Source of the DNA: Alphaproteobacteria bacterium
GTDB lineage: Bacteria > Pseudomonadota > Alphaproteobacteria > RF32 > CAG-239
Assembly (NCBI GenBank): GCA_045116295.1
Contig: JBGULQ010000003.1
Span: 17,393 to 81,392 of the forward strand
Direction: 5' to 3'
DNA length: 64,000 bases
Translations under genes and position numbers: made by a program
Shown: piece by piece, positions 23,982 through 34,463 of the stretch
Layout: every line of letters begins with the position of its first letter
Numbering within the stretch: the first letter of the stretch is position 1
The notes under the pieces: model-generated
What the model was told of the DNA's origin: nothing
The model's input: the letters and a program-made list of their open reading frames with translations, nothing else
Databases searched by the model: none

Positions 23982-24947
23982 GTGACAAAAGAAGCAGATA
24001 ATACCAAAAAAACTGTTAAAACAGCACGTAAAGTGTCAGAAACAAAGCCGGCAAACAATGTCAGAAAGGCGTTGCCGGAGCCAAATGATGATGACAGAGT
24101 GGGGATCATTTTGCGCAATGAACGCATAAAGCGGGGTTTTGAGCTGGACGAAGTGGCTAAAAAACTCTGTATCAGAAGCGGGTATTTGGAAGCAATTGAA
24201 AGCGGAAATTATACCGCTTTGCCGCAAATGCCTTATTCTGCCGGATTTGTCAGCTCATATGCAAAGTTTTTGGGGTTGAATCATACCAGAATTACACAGT
24301 TGTTTCGTGAAGAAATACATGTAAAGCCTAAGAATGTTCAGACATTTGTGGCAGAAGAAACGCCATCTGAGGCCAGCGTGCCAAGTAAACCATACGTTTT
24401 GATTGGCGTGGTTATGGTGGCCTTGTTGGCAGGATTATGGATGTTGTTTAGTCCATCATCAGAAAAAGCAAAGCCGGAAGAAATTGTTGTTGAACAGAAG
24501 GCTGAAGAGGTTGATTCAAAGGTCGGTACCGTTGAGTATTTTGAAAGTGAGATTGAACAACCGGCTCCTGAAAGTAGTGATACTGTTGCAACAAATTCAG
24601 GAGAGGTGCCCACAATAGTTGTGGCTGAAGGAGAAAATGCTGATTCTTCCCAAATAGTAGTAAGCGAGGATAATTATGTTGAAGATGAGCCCAAACAAAG
24701 CGGTGTAGAAGTTAAAATTACTTCAGGTGATGTGTGGGTTGAAGTTAAAGATGCCAACAAAATTTATCTAAGCAAGATTATGAAAGCAGGTAGCAGCTAT
24801 CATTTGCCTGATGTCAAGGGGTTGCTGTTGTCTGTTGGAAAACACGTGGGTGTTGAGGTTTATGTAAACGGCAAACTTACACCGGTGATAAAACGTGATC
24901 ATAAGCTTAGAATTAGTGTTGATGGTTTGTTGAGCGCCAACCATTAG
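23982..24947 (+). CDS. rodZ: RodZ-like protein (HTH, TM, DUF4115-type domain)
   Basis: G-x-x-LR-x-ER...VAKKLCIR-x-x-YL-x-AIE-x-G...Y-x-x-GFV-x-SYAKFLGL, then one TM and a periplasmic domain. Confidence 0.8.
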   Translation: MTKEADNTKKTVKTARKVSETKPANNVRKALPEPNDDDRVGIILRNERIKRGFELDEVAKKLCIRSGYLEAIESGNYTALPQMPYSAGFVSSYAKFLGLNHTRITQLFREEIHVKPKNVQTFVAEETPSEASVPSKPYVLIGVVMVALLAGLWMLFSPSSEKAKPEEIVVEQKAEEVDSKVGTVEYFESEIEQPAPESSDTVATNSGEVPTIVVAEGENADSSQIVVSEDNYVEDEPKQSGVEVKITSGDVWVEVKDANKIYLSKIMKAGSSYHLPDVKGLLLSVGKHVGVEVYVNGKLTPVIKRDHKLRISVDGLLSANH

Positions 24948-25019
24948 GTGTATTTTGAACAGGATGAAAATAGCCTGATGTGGGGCTATTTTCATCTTTT
25001 GTTTTAGTGAGGAAAAGAA

Positions 25020-26252
25020 ATGAAAACACAAAGTGTCAGAGGAACGTACGATTTATATGGCGAAGCTAAGAAAAAAACTAAGCTGGTTACCCGTATCGGG
25101 GAGAGTGTTGTAGAAAAATATGGTTTTGAAGAAATTGAAACACCGATTTTTGAGTTTACGGAAGTGTTTGCACGTAATCTTGGTGACACAAGTGATATTG
25201 TGACCAAAGAAATGTATTGCTTTGAGGATCGCGGTGGTGAGAGTCTGACTTTGCGTCCTGAGGGAACTGCAGGGGCAATAAGAGCCTTTGTTTCAAACGG
25301 AATGCAACAGAACCTACCTTTGAAAATGTATTATCAAGGACCAATGTTTCGATATGAGCGTCCGCAAAAAGGGCGTCAACGCCAGTTTACGCAGTTTGGC
25401 GTTGAGTTGTTGGGGGCAGAAGTTCCGCAGGCTGATGTTGAAGTTATTGCGATGGCATATGAGTTTTTGGAGAAACTCGGATTGCAAGGGCAGGTAGTAG
25501 TTGAAGTTAACTCTCTGGGGGATGAAGAAAGTCGTAATGCGTACAGAACAAAGTTGGTCGAGTATTTGCGCGGTCATTATGACGAGTTGTCAGATGACAG
25601 TAAGGCACGTTTGGAACGTAATCCATTACGAATTTTGGATTCAAAGGAAGAGTGTGATAAGGCAGTTGTCGAAAATGCACCATTGTATGCCGACAGCTTG
25701 AACGAAAAATCAAAGGAATTTTTCAAGCAGGTGCTTGAAGGATTGGATAAACTCGGTATTAAGTATCGTGTAAATAATCGGTTGGTGCGTGGTTTGGATT
25801 ATTATTCACATACGGTGTTTGAGTTGGTTACGGATAAACTTGGTGCACAAGGCACAGTTTTGGCCGGAGGAAGATATGATGGACTGGTTGCTCAGATGGG
25901 TGGCGGAGATGTTGCCGGTATCGGCTGGGCGTGCGGTGTCGAGAGATTGGCAATGCTGTTGGATAAACCTGTTGAAACAGAACGTCCGATAGCAGTGATA
26001 CCGGTTTGTGATGATGTTAATGTTAATGCGGTTGAGATTGCTCAAAAGCTGCGTTTATCAGGTTTGAAAGTTGAGCAAGGGTATAGCGGAAACATGAAAA
26101 AACGTATGGTCAGAGCCAACAAGATTAATGCTCGAGCTGCGGTTATCATTGGTCCTGATGAGTTGGCAAAGGGCGAGGTCGTTGTCAAAAATCTTGATAA
26201 CGGCGAGCAGAAAAACGTGTCTTTGAATGATTTGGCAAAGGAGCTTAAATAA
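25020..26252 (+). CDS. hisS: Histidine--tRNA ligase
   Basis: [40 protein letters not shown]. Confidence 0.98.
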   Translation: MKTQSVRGTYDLYGEAKKKTKLVTRIGESVVEKYGFEEIETPIFEFTEVFARNLGDTSDIVTKEMYCFEDRGGESLTLRPEGTAGAIRAFVSNGMQQNLPLKMYYQGPMFRYERPQKGRQRQFTQFGVELLGAEVPQADVEVIAMAYEFLEKLGLQGQVVVEVNSLGDEESRNAYRTKLVEYLRGHYDELSDDSKARLERNPLRILDSKEECDKAVVENAPLYADSLNEKSKEFFKQVLEGLDKLGIKYRVNNRLVRGLDYYSHTVFELVTDKLGAQGTVLAGGRYDGLVAQMGGGDVAGIGWACGVERLAMLLDKPVETERPIAVIPVCDDVNVNAVEIAQKLRLSGLKVEQGYSGNMKKRMVRANKINARAAVIIGPDELAKGEVVVKNLDNGEQKNVSLNDLAKELK

Positions 26253-27325
26253 TGAGTTTTGCAGAAAATCTGGCCAATGTTGTAAACCGTTATGATGAGA
26301 TTTCGGCTTTGTTGTCCGAGCCGGGGTTGTCAGCTGATGATATGGTTAAGATGAATAAAGAGCTGGCAGAGTTGTCGCCGGTGGTTGATGCCATAAAAGT
26401 TTATAAAAAAGCTGAAGATAATATGCATGATGCTGAAGCAATGATGCAAGATGACAGCCTTGATAAGGAAATGAAAGAAATGGCAGAAGCCGAGTTTTTT
26501 GAGTTGAAAGAAAAATTGCCTGAACTCGAAAAACAAATTAAGGTCTTGCTGTTGCCTAAAGATGCTGAAGATGAAAAAAATGCCATTTTGGAAGTGCGAG
26601 CCGGTACAGGTGGTGATGAAGCCGCGTTGTTTGCAGCAGTTTTGTTTGAGATGTATCGTCGCTATGCAACTTTGCAAGGATGGAAGTTTGAAGTACTCGA
26701 TGCCAATGAGAACGGATTGGGCGGATATAAAGAAGCTTCAGCAAGTATCACAGGCAAAGATGTGTTTTCAAAATTAAAGTTCGAATCGGGCGCACATCGT
26801 GTTCAACGTGTGCCGGTAACAGAATCGCAGGGACGTGTTCATACGTCGGCGGCAACGGTGGCGGTATTGCCGGAAATTGAGGAAGTTGATTTTGAAATTA
26901 ATCCGGCTGATTTAAGAATCGATGTTTATCGTGCATCAGGTGCTGGCGGACAACATATTAACAAGACAGAATCGGCAGTGCGTATTACGCATATTCCGAC
27001 CGGAACGGTGGTGCAGTGTCAGGATGGACGCTCGCAGTTCAAAAACAAAGAACAGGCAATGCGTCAGTTACGTGCTAAGTTATATGATCAACAGAAGTCA
27101 TCAATTGACAGTGCGTATTCGGAAAGAAGAAAATTGCAAGTTGGAAGTGGTGATCGTTCAGAGAGAATCCGTACCTATAACTATCCGCAAGGGCGCGTAA
27201 CCGATCATAGAATTAATTTGACGTTGTATAAACTTGATGAAGTGGTTTCGGGCGATGCGTTGGGTGAAATTATTGATGCTTTGCTGGCAGAAGATCAGGC
27301 TCAACGTTTGGCAGAGTTGGAATAA
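26252..27325 (+). CDS. prfA: Peptide chain release factor 1
   Basis: PVT motif (QRVPVTE), [16 protein letters not shown]. Confidence 0.98.
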   Translation: MSFAENLANVVNRYDEISALLSEPGLSADDMVKMNKELAELSPVVDAIKVYKKAEDNMHDAEAMMQDDSLDKEMKEMAEAEFFELKEKLPELEKQIKVLLLPKDAEDEKNAILEVRAGTGGDEAALFAAVLFEMYRRYATLQGWKFEVLDANENGLGGYKEASASITGKDVFSKLKFESGAHRVQRVPVTESQGRVHTSAATVAVLPEIEEVDFEINPADLRIDVYRASGAGGQHINKTESAVRITHIPTGTVVQCQDGRSQFKNKEQAMRQLRAKLYDQQKSSIDSAYSERRKLQVGSGDRSERIRTYNYPQGRVTDHRINLTLYKLDEVVSGDALGEIIDALLAEDQAQRLAELE

Positions 27326-27386
27326 AAACATAATAAAGTTTGATTTTATGGCAAAATGCGGGATATAGTATTGGAGAGGTGAAAAA

Positions 27387-28388
27387 ATGGCAAAAATTGC
27401 AGTTGTCGGAGCAGAAAGCAGTATCGGGCGCGAAGTTCTGAATTTTTTGGCAGACGGAGGATATCGTCTGGCAGATGTTGTAGCGTTGGAACCAAGAGCC
27501 GTCTTGGGGACTCAGGCATCTTTTGGTGAAGAAGAAGATATCGATGTGCTGAATCTTGATGGTTTTGATTTTTCCGATGTGGGTGTGGCAATTTTTGCAA
27601 CAACGGAAGAAATCTCAAAACGATATGTCAGTAAGGCTCTTGAAAAAGGAGTGAAAGTTGTTGACTGCAGCGGCTGCTTTTTTAGCGATGCAGATGTGCC
27701 GATGATTGTTGCCGGTGTGAATGAAGCGGAAATTAAAAACGCAAAGCGCAATCTGGTCAGTGTGCCATCAGCGACGGTTGCACAAATTTTGTTGCCGTTG
27801 GTTGAGGTTGATAAAAAGTGCAAAATTAAACGATTGGTTATTTCAACATATAATTCGACCTCAATTTATGGCAAAGAAGGGATGGACGAGCTGTTTTCAC
27901 AGACAAGAAAGATTTTTATGAATGAAAGCTTGGCAGATGATCAAAAGGTTTTCGATAAGCAGATTGCATTTAATGCTATTCCGCAAGTTGAAGAATTTAT
28001 CGGCGATGAAACAAAATATGAGTGGAGTATTAATGCCGAGGTTAAAAAAGTATTGAACAGCGATGTTAAAGTTCATGCGAACTGTGCTTTTATTCCAGCT
28101 TTTGTCGGGAGTGCTGCTTATGTTAATGTTGAGTGTGAAAATGACGTTGATGTTGATGAAGTAGCCTCAATGATGAAGCAGACAAAAGATGTAATTGTTT
28201 TTGATAAAAAAGTTGCCGGCGGGTATGTGACTTTGAATGATGTTCAGGGTGAAATAGAAGTTTATGTAAGCCGTCTGCGTCAAGATGTTTCTGTCGAAAA
28301 CGGATTTAGCTTTTGGTGTGTTGCAGATAATTTGCGTTTCGGGGTGGCCGGTAATGCATATAAAATCGCTAAGCTTTGGGCAAAATAA
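27387..28388 (+). CDS. Aspartate-semialdehyde dehydrogenase-like protein lacking catalytic Cys/His (Usg-like)
   Basis: Asd fold motifs (KQIAFNAIP, VSRLRQD, WCVADNLR), but NPNCST reads SVPSAT and GH(S/A) reads GSA. Confidence 0.85.
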   Translation: MAKIAVVGAESSIGREVLNFLADGGYRLADVVALEPRAVLGTQASFGEEEDIDVLNLDGFDFSDVGVAIFATTEEISKRYVSKALEKGVKVVDCSGCFFSDADVPMIVAGVNEAEIKNAKRNLVSVPSATVAQILLPLVEVDKKCKIKRLVISTYNSTSIYGKEGMDELFSQTRKIFMNESLADDQKVFDKQIAFNAIPQVEEFIGDETKYEWSINAEVKKVLNSDVKVHANCAFIPAFVGSAAYVNVECENDVDVDEVASMMKQTKDVIVFDKKVAGGYVTLNDVQGEIEVYVSRLRQDVSVENGFSFWCVADNLRFGVAGNAYKIAKLWAK

Positions 28389-28406
28389 TTAGTAGGAGAC
28401 CACAAA

Positions 28407-30908
28407 ATGAAAAAATGGGCTTGTTTGATTGTGACAATGTTGACATTGGTGACAATGTCGGCAAAAGCAGTTGATGTTGCAGAGCAAAGAACAAACGAAA
28501 CTATTCCATCAGAGGTTGATGCCCGTACATTTGTGGTCAATGCGGCTCCTCAGACGATTGATTATGTTAATATCGGCGTGGAACTTGGAAATATTGAAGA
28601 AGCCCTTAAAGGCGGAAATGTTGATGCTAAAACCATAAGCCAGTATGTGTCATATCTTGGTACTGCTTCCGGACAATTGCAAGAGGCACGCAAGCAAATA
28701 GATGCTGATTTGAAAAGTGTGAATAAGAGAATAGAATCACTGGGTGAAATGCCTAAAGAAGGTGAAGAAGAACTCCCTATGATTGCGGAAAAACGCAAAG
28801 AATATAATGAAGAACTTGTATATCAAAAGGGTAAAATTGCAGAAGTAGATTTGTTGGTAAACCGCGCGGAAGAATTGACTACGATGATTTCGAGTGCGCG
28901 TAAACAGGCATTGATTGGCAATTTGATGTTTTATCAGGAGCCGATGATTTATCCCAGCAATTTTTTGAGGGCAACGGCTGAATTTGTTAATTTAGGGTTT
29001 AATATTTTGAAATCTCCTCTGACTTGGTATGGCGATTTGACAGATGAAGAAAGAGGAAAAGTTAAGTCAAATGTTATACCGGTTGTGCTGATGATTGCGG
29101 TTGCTCTGTTTGTCGGTATCTTTTTGAGAGGGTTGATAATTCGCCATCTTGGTTATAAACGTCATAATATCACCGGTATTCCTCCATATTTTACCAAGGT
29201 GATTGCAGCGATGTTTGTTGCTTGTGCATATGGTGTAATTCCTGCGGTTTTGTTGGGTGGTTTCTTGGTTTGGGCTGTGCATACAAAGATTTTGACGATA
29301 GGATTCTTTGGAGTAGTTTTAATCAGTGCGTTATATTATTCGTTGTATATTTTCCTGTCTAATGCAGCAATAAGGGTAGTGTTTGCGCCATATAATCCAA
29401 AATGGCGTCTGGTAAATATGGAAACAGAAAAGGCCAAAAGACTGACTAAGGCTTTTTATTTTAGCTTTTTTGTGATTGGCATATGTGCAATGTTGAGACA
29501 TATTGCCAATGAAGCAAATTCTTCTTTGGAACTGGTATATTATATTTCGGTTATATCTACCACAGTAAAGGCCTTGTGTACCGTATGGGTTGTAAAAATG
29601 TTCTTTTGGGGAGATGTTATTGCCGAGGCGAAAGAAGGAGATGATGCGGATGCAATTGCGGCAATTGAGGCACGCAACAAAAGGGCTTTACGAGCAATAT
29701 TTATAACCGGTTTTGCGGCATTTGTCGTTATTTGCATTTCGTTATTTGGATATCCGCGTTTGTCGAGTTTTATTGTGAACCGTTTTTTGTTTACGGTTTT
29801 GGTTACGGTTATATTGTTAGTGCTGAGAAAGGCTGTATTGGAGCTGATCAGACGACTGTTACTGTTTAGTTTTGGAGGTAGTCGTTTCAGGGCTAAAAAG
29901 GCATTGCTGGAGAAAATAGATTTTTGGCTTCATGTTACAATTAATCCGATTTTTACAATTATCGGACTGCTGATGATTTTGACGCTGTGGGGTGTGTCAA
30001 CAGATATATTGTTACAGAGCGTTAAAAAACTGTTTTTCGGTTTTAAGGTTGGCGGTGTCGAGATTTCGCTGTTCCTTGTTATTTTAGGCATTATAGTCTT
30101 TTTCTGCTCAATAAAAGTATTTAAGGTTTTGCGCAGTAAATTACAGGATAATATTTTATCTCACGTTGATATGGATGATGGAATCAAACACTCGTTGTTA
30201 TCGGGGTTTGGTTTTGTTGGCGTTGTGATATCTGTGGTGCTGGCGATTACGGTGATGGGTGGTGACTTGAGTAATCTGGCTCTAGTTGCAGGTGCTTTGT
30301 CAGTCGGTATCGGTTTCGGGTTGCAGAATATTGTAAATAACTTTATGTCCGGTATTATCTTGTTGTTTGAGCGTCCGATTAAAGTTGGCGATTGGGTAAA
30401 GATTAATGGTGAAGAAGGAACAATTAAGCAAATAAACATTCGTTCAACAGAAATTGAAACATTTTCGCGTGCAAGTGTGATTATTCCTAATGCGACGTTG
30501 CTGTCAAATTCGGTGACAAACATGACGCATGGCAATAATTGGACACGTTTTAGTGTTGCAGTCGGCGTCGCATATGGTACGGATGTTAACAAAGTTAAAC
30601 AAATATTGCTTGAGTGTGCGGCTGCAAATCGTAAGGTTTTGAAAAAGCCTGAACCATATGTGTTATTCCAAAATTTTGGAGAAAGCAGCTTGGATTTTGA
30701 GTTGCGTGGTTATAGCAGTAATATTTGGGAGGGATGGATTATTCCGAGTGAACTGCGATTTGAGATTAATCGTCGATTCAATGAAGAAGGTATTGAGATT
30801 CCGTTTAATCAGTTGGTTTTGCATCAGGCAGAAGATGAGGCTGTCACAGATGATAACTTGGCTGAAAAACGCAAATCTGACAGCAAAAAAGAAGATAACA
30901 AAAAATGA
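28407..30908 (+). CDS. Large MscS-family mechanosensitive channel with periplasmic coiled-coil
   Basis: Signal peptide, coiled-coil, many TMs, GALSVGIGFGLQNIVNNFMSGIILLFERPIKVGDW. Confidence 0.92.
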   Translation: MKKWACLIVTMLTLVTMSAKAVDVAEQRTNETIPSEVDARTFVVNAAPQTIDYVNIGVELGNIEEALKGGNVDAKTISQYVSYLGTASGQLQEARKQIDADLKSVNKRIESLGEMPKEGEEELPMIAEKRKEYNEELVYQKGKIAEVDLLVNRAEELTTMISSARKQALIGNLMFYQEPMIYPSNFLRATAEFVNLGFNILKSPLTWYGDLTDEERGKVKSNVIPVVLMIAVALFVGIFLRGLIIRHLGYKRHNITGIPPYFTKVIAAMFVACAYGVIPAVLLGGFLVWAVHTKILTIGFFGVVLISALYYSLYIFLSNAAIRVVFAPYNPKWRLVNMETEKAKRLTKAFYFSFFVIGICAMLRHIANEANSSLELVYYISVISTTVKALCTVWVVKMFFWGDVIAEAKEGDDADAIAAIEARNKRALRAIFITGFAAFVVICISLFGYPRLSSFIVNRFLFTVLVTVILLVLRKAVLELIRRLLLFSFGGSRFRAKKALLEKIDFWLHVTINPIFTIIGLLMILTLWGVSTDILLQSVKKLFFGFKVGGVEISLFLVILGIIVFFCSIKVFKVLRSKLQDNILSHVDMDDGIKHSLLSGFGFVGVVISVVLAITVMGGDLSNLALVAGALSVGIGFGLQNIVNNFMSGIILLFERPIKVGDWVKINGEEGTIKQINIRSTEIETFSRASVIIPNATLLSNSVTNMTHGNNWTRFSVAVGVAYGTDVNKVKQILLECAAANRKVLKKPEPYVLFQNFGESSLDFELRGYSSNIWEGWIIPSELRFEINRRFNEEGIEIPFNQLVLHQAEDEAVTDDNLAEKRKSDSKKEDNKK

Positions 30909-32248
30909 AATTAGTTGATTTATGCAACAAAACCGTGGCGGTCTGGGGATTGGGGACTGAAGGTAGAGATGTGCTGAAATATCTTAAGTCTCATGGTGTT
31001 ACAAACAGCTTTGTGCTAATAAATGATACTGCCTGTGAAAAGCCCGATGGTTTCAATAATTGTGATTTGTATATCGGCGATGATGTTGCAAAGGGCTGCG
31101 AAAGAGCAGAGGTGATTGTTCGCTCCCCGGGAGTTAGTATATATAAACCGGAATTAGTAAAAAATCGAGCAAAGGTTACGACAGTGACCGATTTATGCCT
31201 TAATGAAATCCGCTATAATCATCCGGATTGTAAAATAGTTGCAATAAGCGGTTCAAAGGGCAAGAGCACAAGTGTCAGTGCCTTGGCGTTTATGTTGAGC
31301 AGGTTAGGTTTTAAGGTTGGGCTAGGAGGCAACATAGGACGCCCGTTGATTGAACTGATTGATGGTGATTATGATTTTTTGGTTGCTGAGATTTCAAGTT
31401 ATCAGGCGTCTGATTTGACAGTATCTCCTCATATTGCAATGTTTACAAATTTGTTTTATGTGCATAGCGAGTGGCATAGCGGGCATGAAAATTATTGCCG
31501 TGATAAAATCCATATGATTGCTAACCAAAAAGATGATGATTGCTTTTGGGTGAATGCTCAAAATAAGCAACTGATGGATTATACAGAAAAATTTGCTCAA
31601 AGGCGCAAATTGTATGATGTAGAAGACGGATTTTATGCAAAAGAACATAGCTTGTATTGTAAGGGCAAGAAGGTTCTGAGCTTGGAAGATTTGAAAATCA
31701 GCGGTACGCATAATCTGGATAATTTGGCCGGAGTGTTCAGTATTATTGATGAACTAGGGCTTAATGTTAAGGCGGCCGCAGAGGCTTTGAAAGATTTTGA
31801 GCCATTGCCTCACAGGTTACAAAAAGTAGCATTGAAAAATGGTGTGATGTTTATTAATGACAGTATATCAACGGCACCTGAGGCGGCAATCGGTGCTGTG
31901 AATAGCTTTGAGGGAAATTTGGTGCTTATTTCGGGTGGACAGGATAATCAGCAGGATTATTCGGAGTATGCACAATGTGTTGAAAAAAATCATAAAGTCA
32001 AAGCGGTGATAACATTGTATCAAACAGGCCCCAAAATTGCAAAATCTTTACATGAGTGGGTAAAACGTGAAGATGTTGCTTTGATAGAGGGGGATAGTTT
32101 GGAAAAAGCTGTTGCAATCGCTTATGAATTGTTGCAAAAAAATGGAGGCGGAACGGTTTTGTTTACGCCGACAAGTCCGAGTTTCGGGTTTTATAAAAAT
32201 TTTATGGAGCGTGGTAACCATTTTATCAAGGTGGTTGAGGCTTTGTGA
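30905..32248 (+). CDS. murD: UDP-N-acetylmuramoyl-L-alanine--D-glutamate ligase
   Basis: RSPGVS, GSKGKSTS, GGNIG, EISSYQ, LPHRLQ, FINDSIST, PTSPSF. Confidence 0.93.
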   Translation: MKLVDLCNKTVAVWGLGTEGRDVLKYLKSHGVTNSFVLINDTACEKPDGFNNCDLYIGDDVAKGCERAEVIVRSPGVSIYKPELVKNRAKVTTVTDLCLNEIRYNHPDCKIVAISGSKGKSTSVSALAFMLSRLGFKVGLGGNIGRPLIELIDGDYDFLVAEISSYQASDLTVSPHIAMFTNLFYVHSEWHSGHENYCRDKIHMIANQKDDDCFWVNAQNKQLMDYTEKFAQRRKLYDVEDGFYAKEHSLYCKGKKVLSLEDLKISGTHNLDNLAGVFSIIDELGLNVKAAAEALKDFEPLPHRLQKVALKNGVMFINDSISTAPEAAIGAVNSFEGNLVLISGGQDNQQDYSEYAQCVEKNHKVKAVITLYQTGPKIAKSLHEWVKREDVALIEGDSLEKAVAIAYELLQKNGGGTVLFTPTSPSFGFYKNFMERGNHFIKVVEAL

Positions 32249-32253
32249 ATATT

Positions 32254-32329
<76 letters not shown>

Positions 32330-32510
32330 TTAAAGGTTTCCTATTCTGAAAATCTCCGCCGATTAATATCGACGGAGATTTTGCGTTGCTAACTCTTGCT
32401 CCTAAGCATTAAAAATGCTAAGTCGCTTCGGTCACTCGTATTGTAACATTTGCTATGCACGCGGTTGCGGCAAAGCAAATTAACAATACTTCGCCCGTCG
32501 TTGACCAAAC

Positions 32511-32654
32511 AGACATTTAGTCAGGTTGGTCTTTCTCCGGCGCATTCGTAATGCGTGGGGGAAAAGTTCGAGTCACTTAACCGGCACCATTAAAGGTTTC
32601 CTATTCTGAAAATCTCCGTCGATAGAAATCGGCGGAGATTTTGCGTTGCTAACT
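32511..32654 (+). pseudogene. Degenerate tandem copy of tRNA-Thr(CGT) plus its terminator
   Basis: 32281-32394 repeats at 32541-32654 (period 260) with substitutions in the variable loop/T arm; the D-arm is degenerate (tttagtcaggttggt). Confidence 0.8.
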
Positions 32655-32731
32655 ATTTATTTTAAAATTCATCTTGCCAAAAATATCGAAAAAGTGTTAT
32701 AATGGTGTAGTATAAAAAGAGGACAACTCGG

Positions 32732-33082
32732 ATGAAAAAGAAGTTAAAAAATTTCGGGGTTTTTAGCTTGATGGTAGGTGTTTCGACATTTGCTATGATG
32801 TATACTGCTGCTAAACAGGGAGTGCCAGAGTTGACTAAAGCACATGTTGTTATTGATAACAAGAGTATGTCTTTGTGTGATTTTTGTGAAAAACTTGATT
32901 TTGTGGATAGTACTTGGGTCTATACTGGTGAAAATGGGAAAAAAATTAAGGTAGATATGGAAAAATTACATTTGTTCGATGATAAGGGAGGACAAAAACT
33001 TAAGGACAAACTGAATGAAAAAAATATTGAGAAGATGGTATTAGAGGCAAAATTTAGTAAAATTTTTCATATGGAGAGATAA
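32732..33082 (+). CDS. Hypothetical protein with N-terminal signal/anchor
   Basis: TTGCCA-N18-TATAAT promoter and SD gagga upstream; basic then hydrophobic N-terminus; TAATG coupling to the next gene. Confidence 0.7.
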   Translation: MKKKLKNFGVFSLMVGVSTFAMMYTAAKQGVPELTKAHVVIDNKSMSLCDFCEKLDFVDSTWVYTGENGKKIKVDMEKLHLFDDKGGQKLKDKLNEKNIEKMVLEAKFSKIFHMER

Positions 33083-34146
33083 TGAGTAAAACTACTAGAA
33101 AAATAGAAAATTTTGCAACTGTTTTACTGCTTGGGGTTTCCAGTTTTGCCCTGTTACGAAATTGTTCTGATTTTGAGACAAATAGTGTTCCTAAAGTGTC
33201 GCTTTCACTTGTCAAAGCTACGTATTTCCATACTGATAATAATGTTGGTACTGTAGATGAAATGGCAGACGTGATATCTTTTCCAACACAAATTGATACT
33301 GTACGTGCTTTTTATGGAGATGATGGAAAAGCAAGGTATGTTTTAGGTTGTGATACAGTGCATAATCTGCCATCTATGGGAGTACAACTGAATGATAAAA
33401 TCTTCATAAGGGAGTTTGTTTCAGAAAATCGCAAATTACAAGAGTGGCTTGATTTGTATAATGATGAATATCGATGCACTAGTCGACATGAGTATCAACA
33501 TCTTTTGAATATGTTCTCAGGAATGCACGGTTATAACAGTCCGGAAATAAAGTATGCTGAATGTTGTCTGGATGAAATGTCGGCAAGTATTGCGCAATGC
33601 CTTGCACAGTTGCGAAATTATAACACGCATGATAAAGATGAAAAATATCTTACAGATCGTTTTAAGTTTATGCGAGATGCAGTAAGAGATGGACGTATTC
33701 CTGCTGATAGAAGGTTAAATGCTAAAGAGCAAGAGTATGTTGCAAATTGTATTTTTGATGAATGGATGGATATTAAATATGATATATATGAAGAAAGGAC
33801 CGATAAAAGGGTGCAGCTGTATTTGAAGAATGCTGCGTATATGGATATTCAGCCTAATTGGATTACTCATGATATGCTAATGAGAAAGTGTTTTAAAATT
33901 GATGGTTATAATTTTTGGCCATATATTGTAAAGCGTGAAAAGGAGTTGTTTGATAGACTGTCTAAAGAGCGTAGAGAGGAATATAAAAAGTTACAAAACA
34001 AAAAAATGTATGAGAGCTCGAATTATATAAAAATTGATCATTTAAAAAGTATTAGGGCTAAGCATTACAGTAATGTAGGTAAGTATAAAACGGAAGTGGC
34101 GGAAATTCTTAAGTATAAAAAAACTAAGTCTGGAGATTATACATAA
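33082..34146 (+). CDS. Hypothetical exported protein with HExxH zinc-metallopeptidase-like motif
   Basis: RHEYQH followed about 24 residues later by DEMSA; hydrophobic N-terminus. Confidence 0.7.
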   Translation: MSKTTRKIENFATVLLLGVSSFALLRNCSDFETNSVPKVSLSLVKATYFHTDNNVGTVDEMADVISFPTQIDTVRAFYGDDGKARYVLGCDTVHNLPSMGVQLNDKIFIREFVSENRKLQEWLDLYNDEYRCTSRHEYQHLLNMFSGMHGYNSPEIKYAECCLDEMSASIAQCLAQLRNYNTHDKDEKYLTDRFKFMRDAVRDGRIPADRRLNAKEQEYVANCIFDEWMDIKYDIYEERTDKRVQLYLKNAAYMDIQPNWITHDMLMRKCFKIDGYNFWPYIVKREKELFDRLSKERREEYKKLQNKKMYESSNYIKIDHLKSIRAKHYSNVGKYKTEVAEILKYKKTKSGDYT

Positions 34147-34236
34147 GATTTGACATTGGTGCTTTTTGAAGATAATAATGGAATATCAAATAATTATTAA
34201 TTCAAATTCTGCTTAAGGAGGCAGTTATAATTTTGT

Positions 34237-34362
34237 ATGGATTCAGTAATAACATTGCTTACTGCCATTGGCGGTGGTGCGGTGTTGGTTTTTGTTTGCT
34301 ATTTGTTTTTTAGGCCGAAGAAAAACGATTCCAAGGTTGAAAGGCGTGGCAGAAAAGACTGA
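34237..34362 (+). CDS. Small single-TM protein (41 aa; not in the ORF track)
   Basis: MDSVITLLTAIGGGAVLVFVCYLFFRPKKNDSKVERRGRKD; AAGGAGG at 34215-34221 and a terminator at about 34426-34460. Confidence 0.55.
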   Translation: MDSVITLLTAIGGGAVLVFVCYLFFRPKKNDSKVERRGRKD

Positions 34363-34463
34363 CCTTTATGTATGTTTTGTCTGAGTGACAAATGTTATGA
34401 CATCAAATATGATGTGAAAATACCAAAAGAGCGTAGACCACAAGTGGCTGCGCTCTTTTTTAG

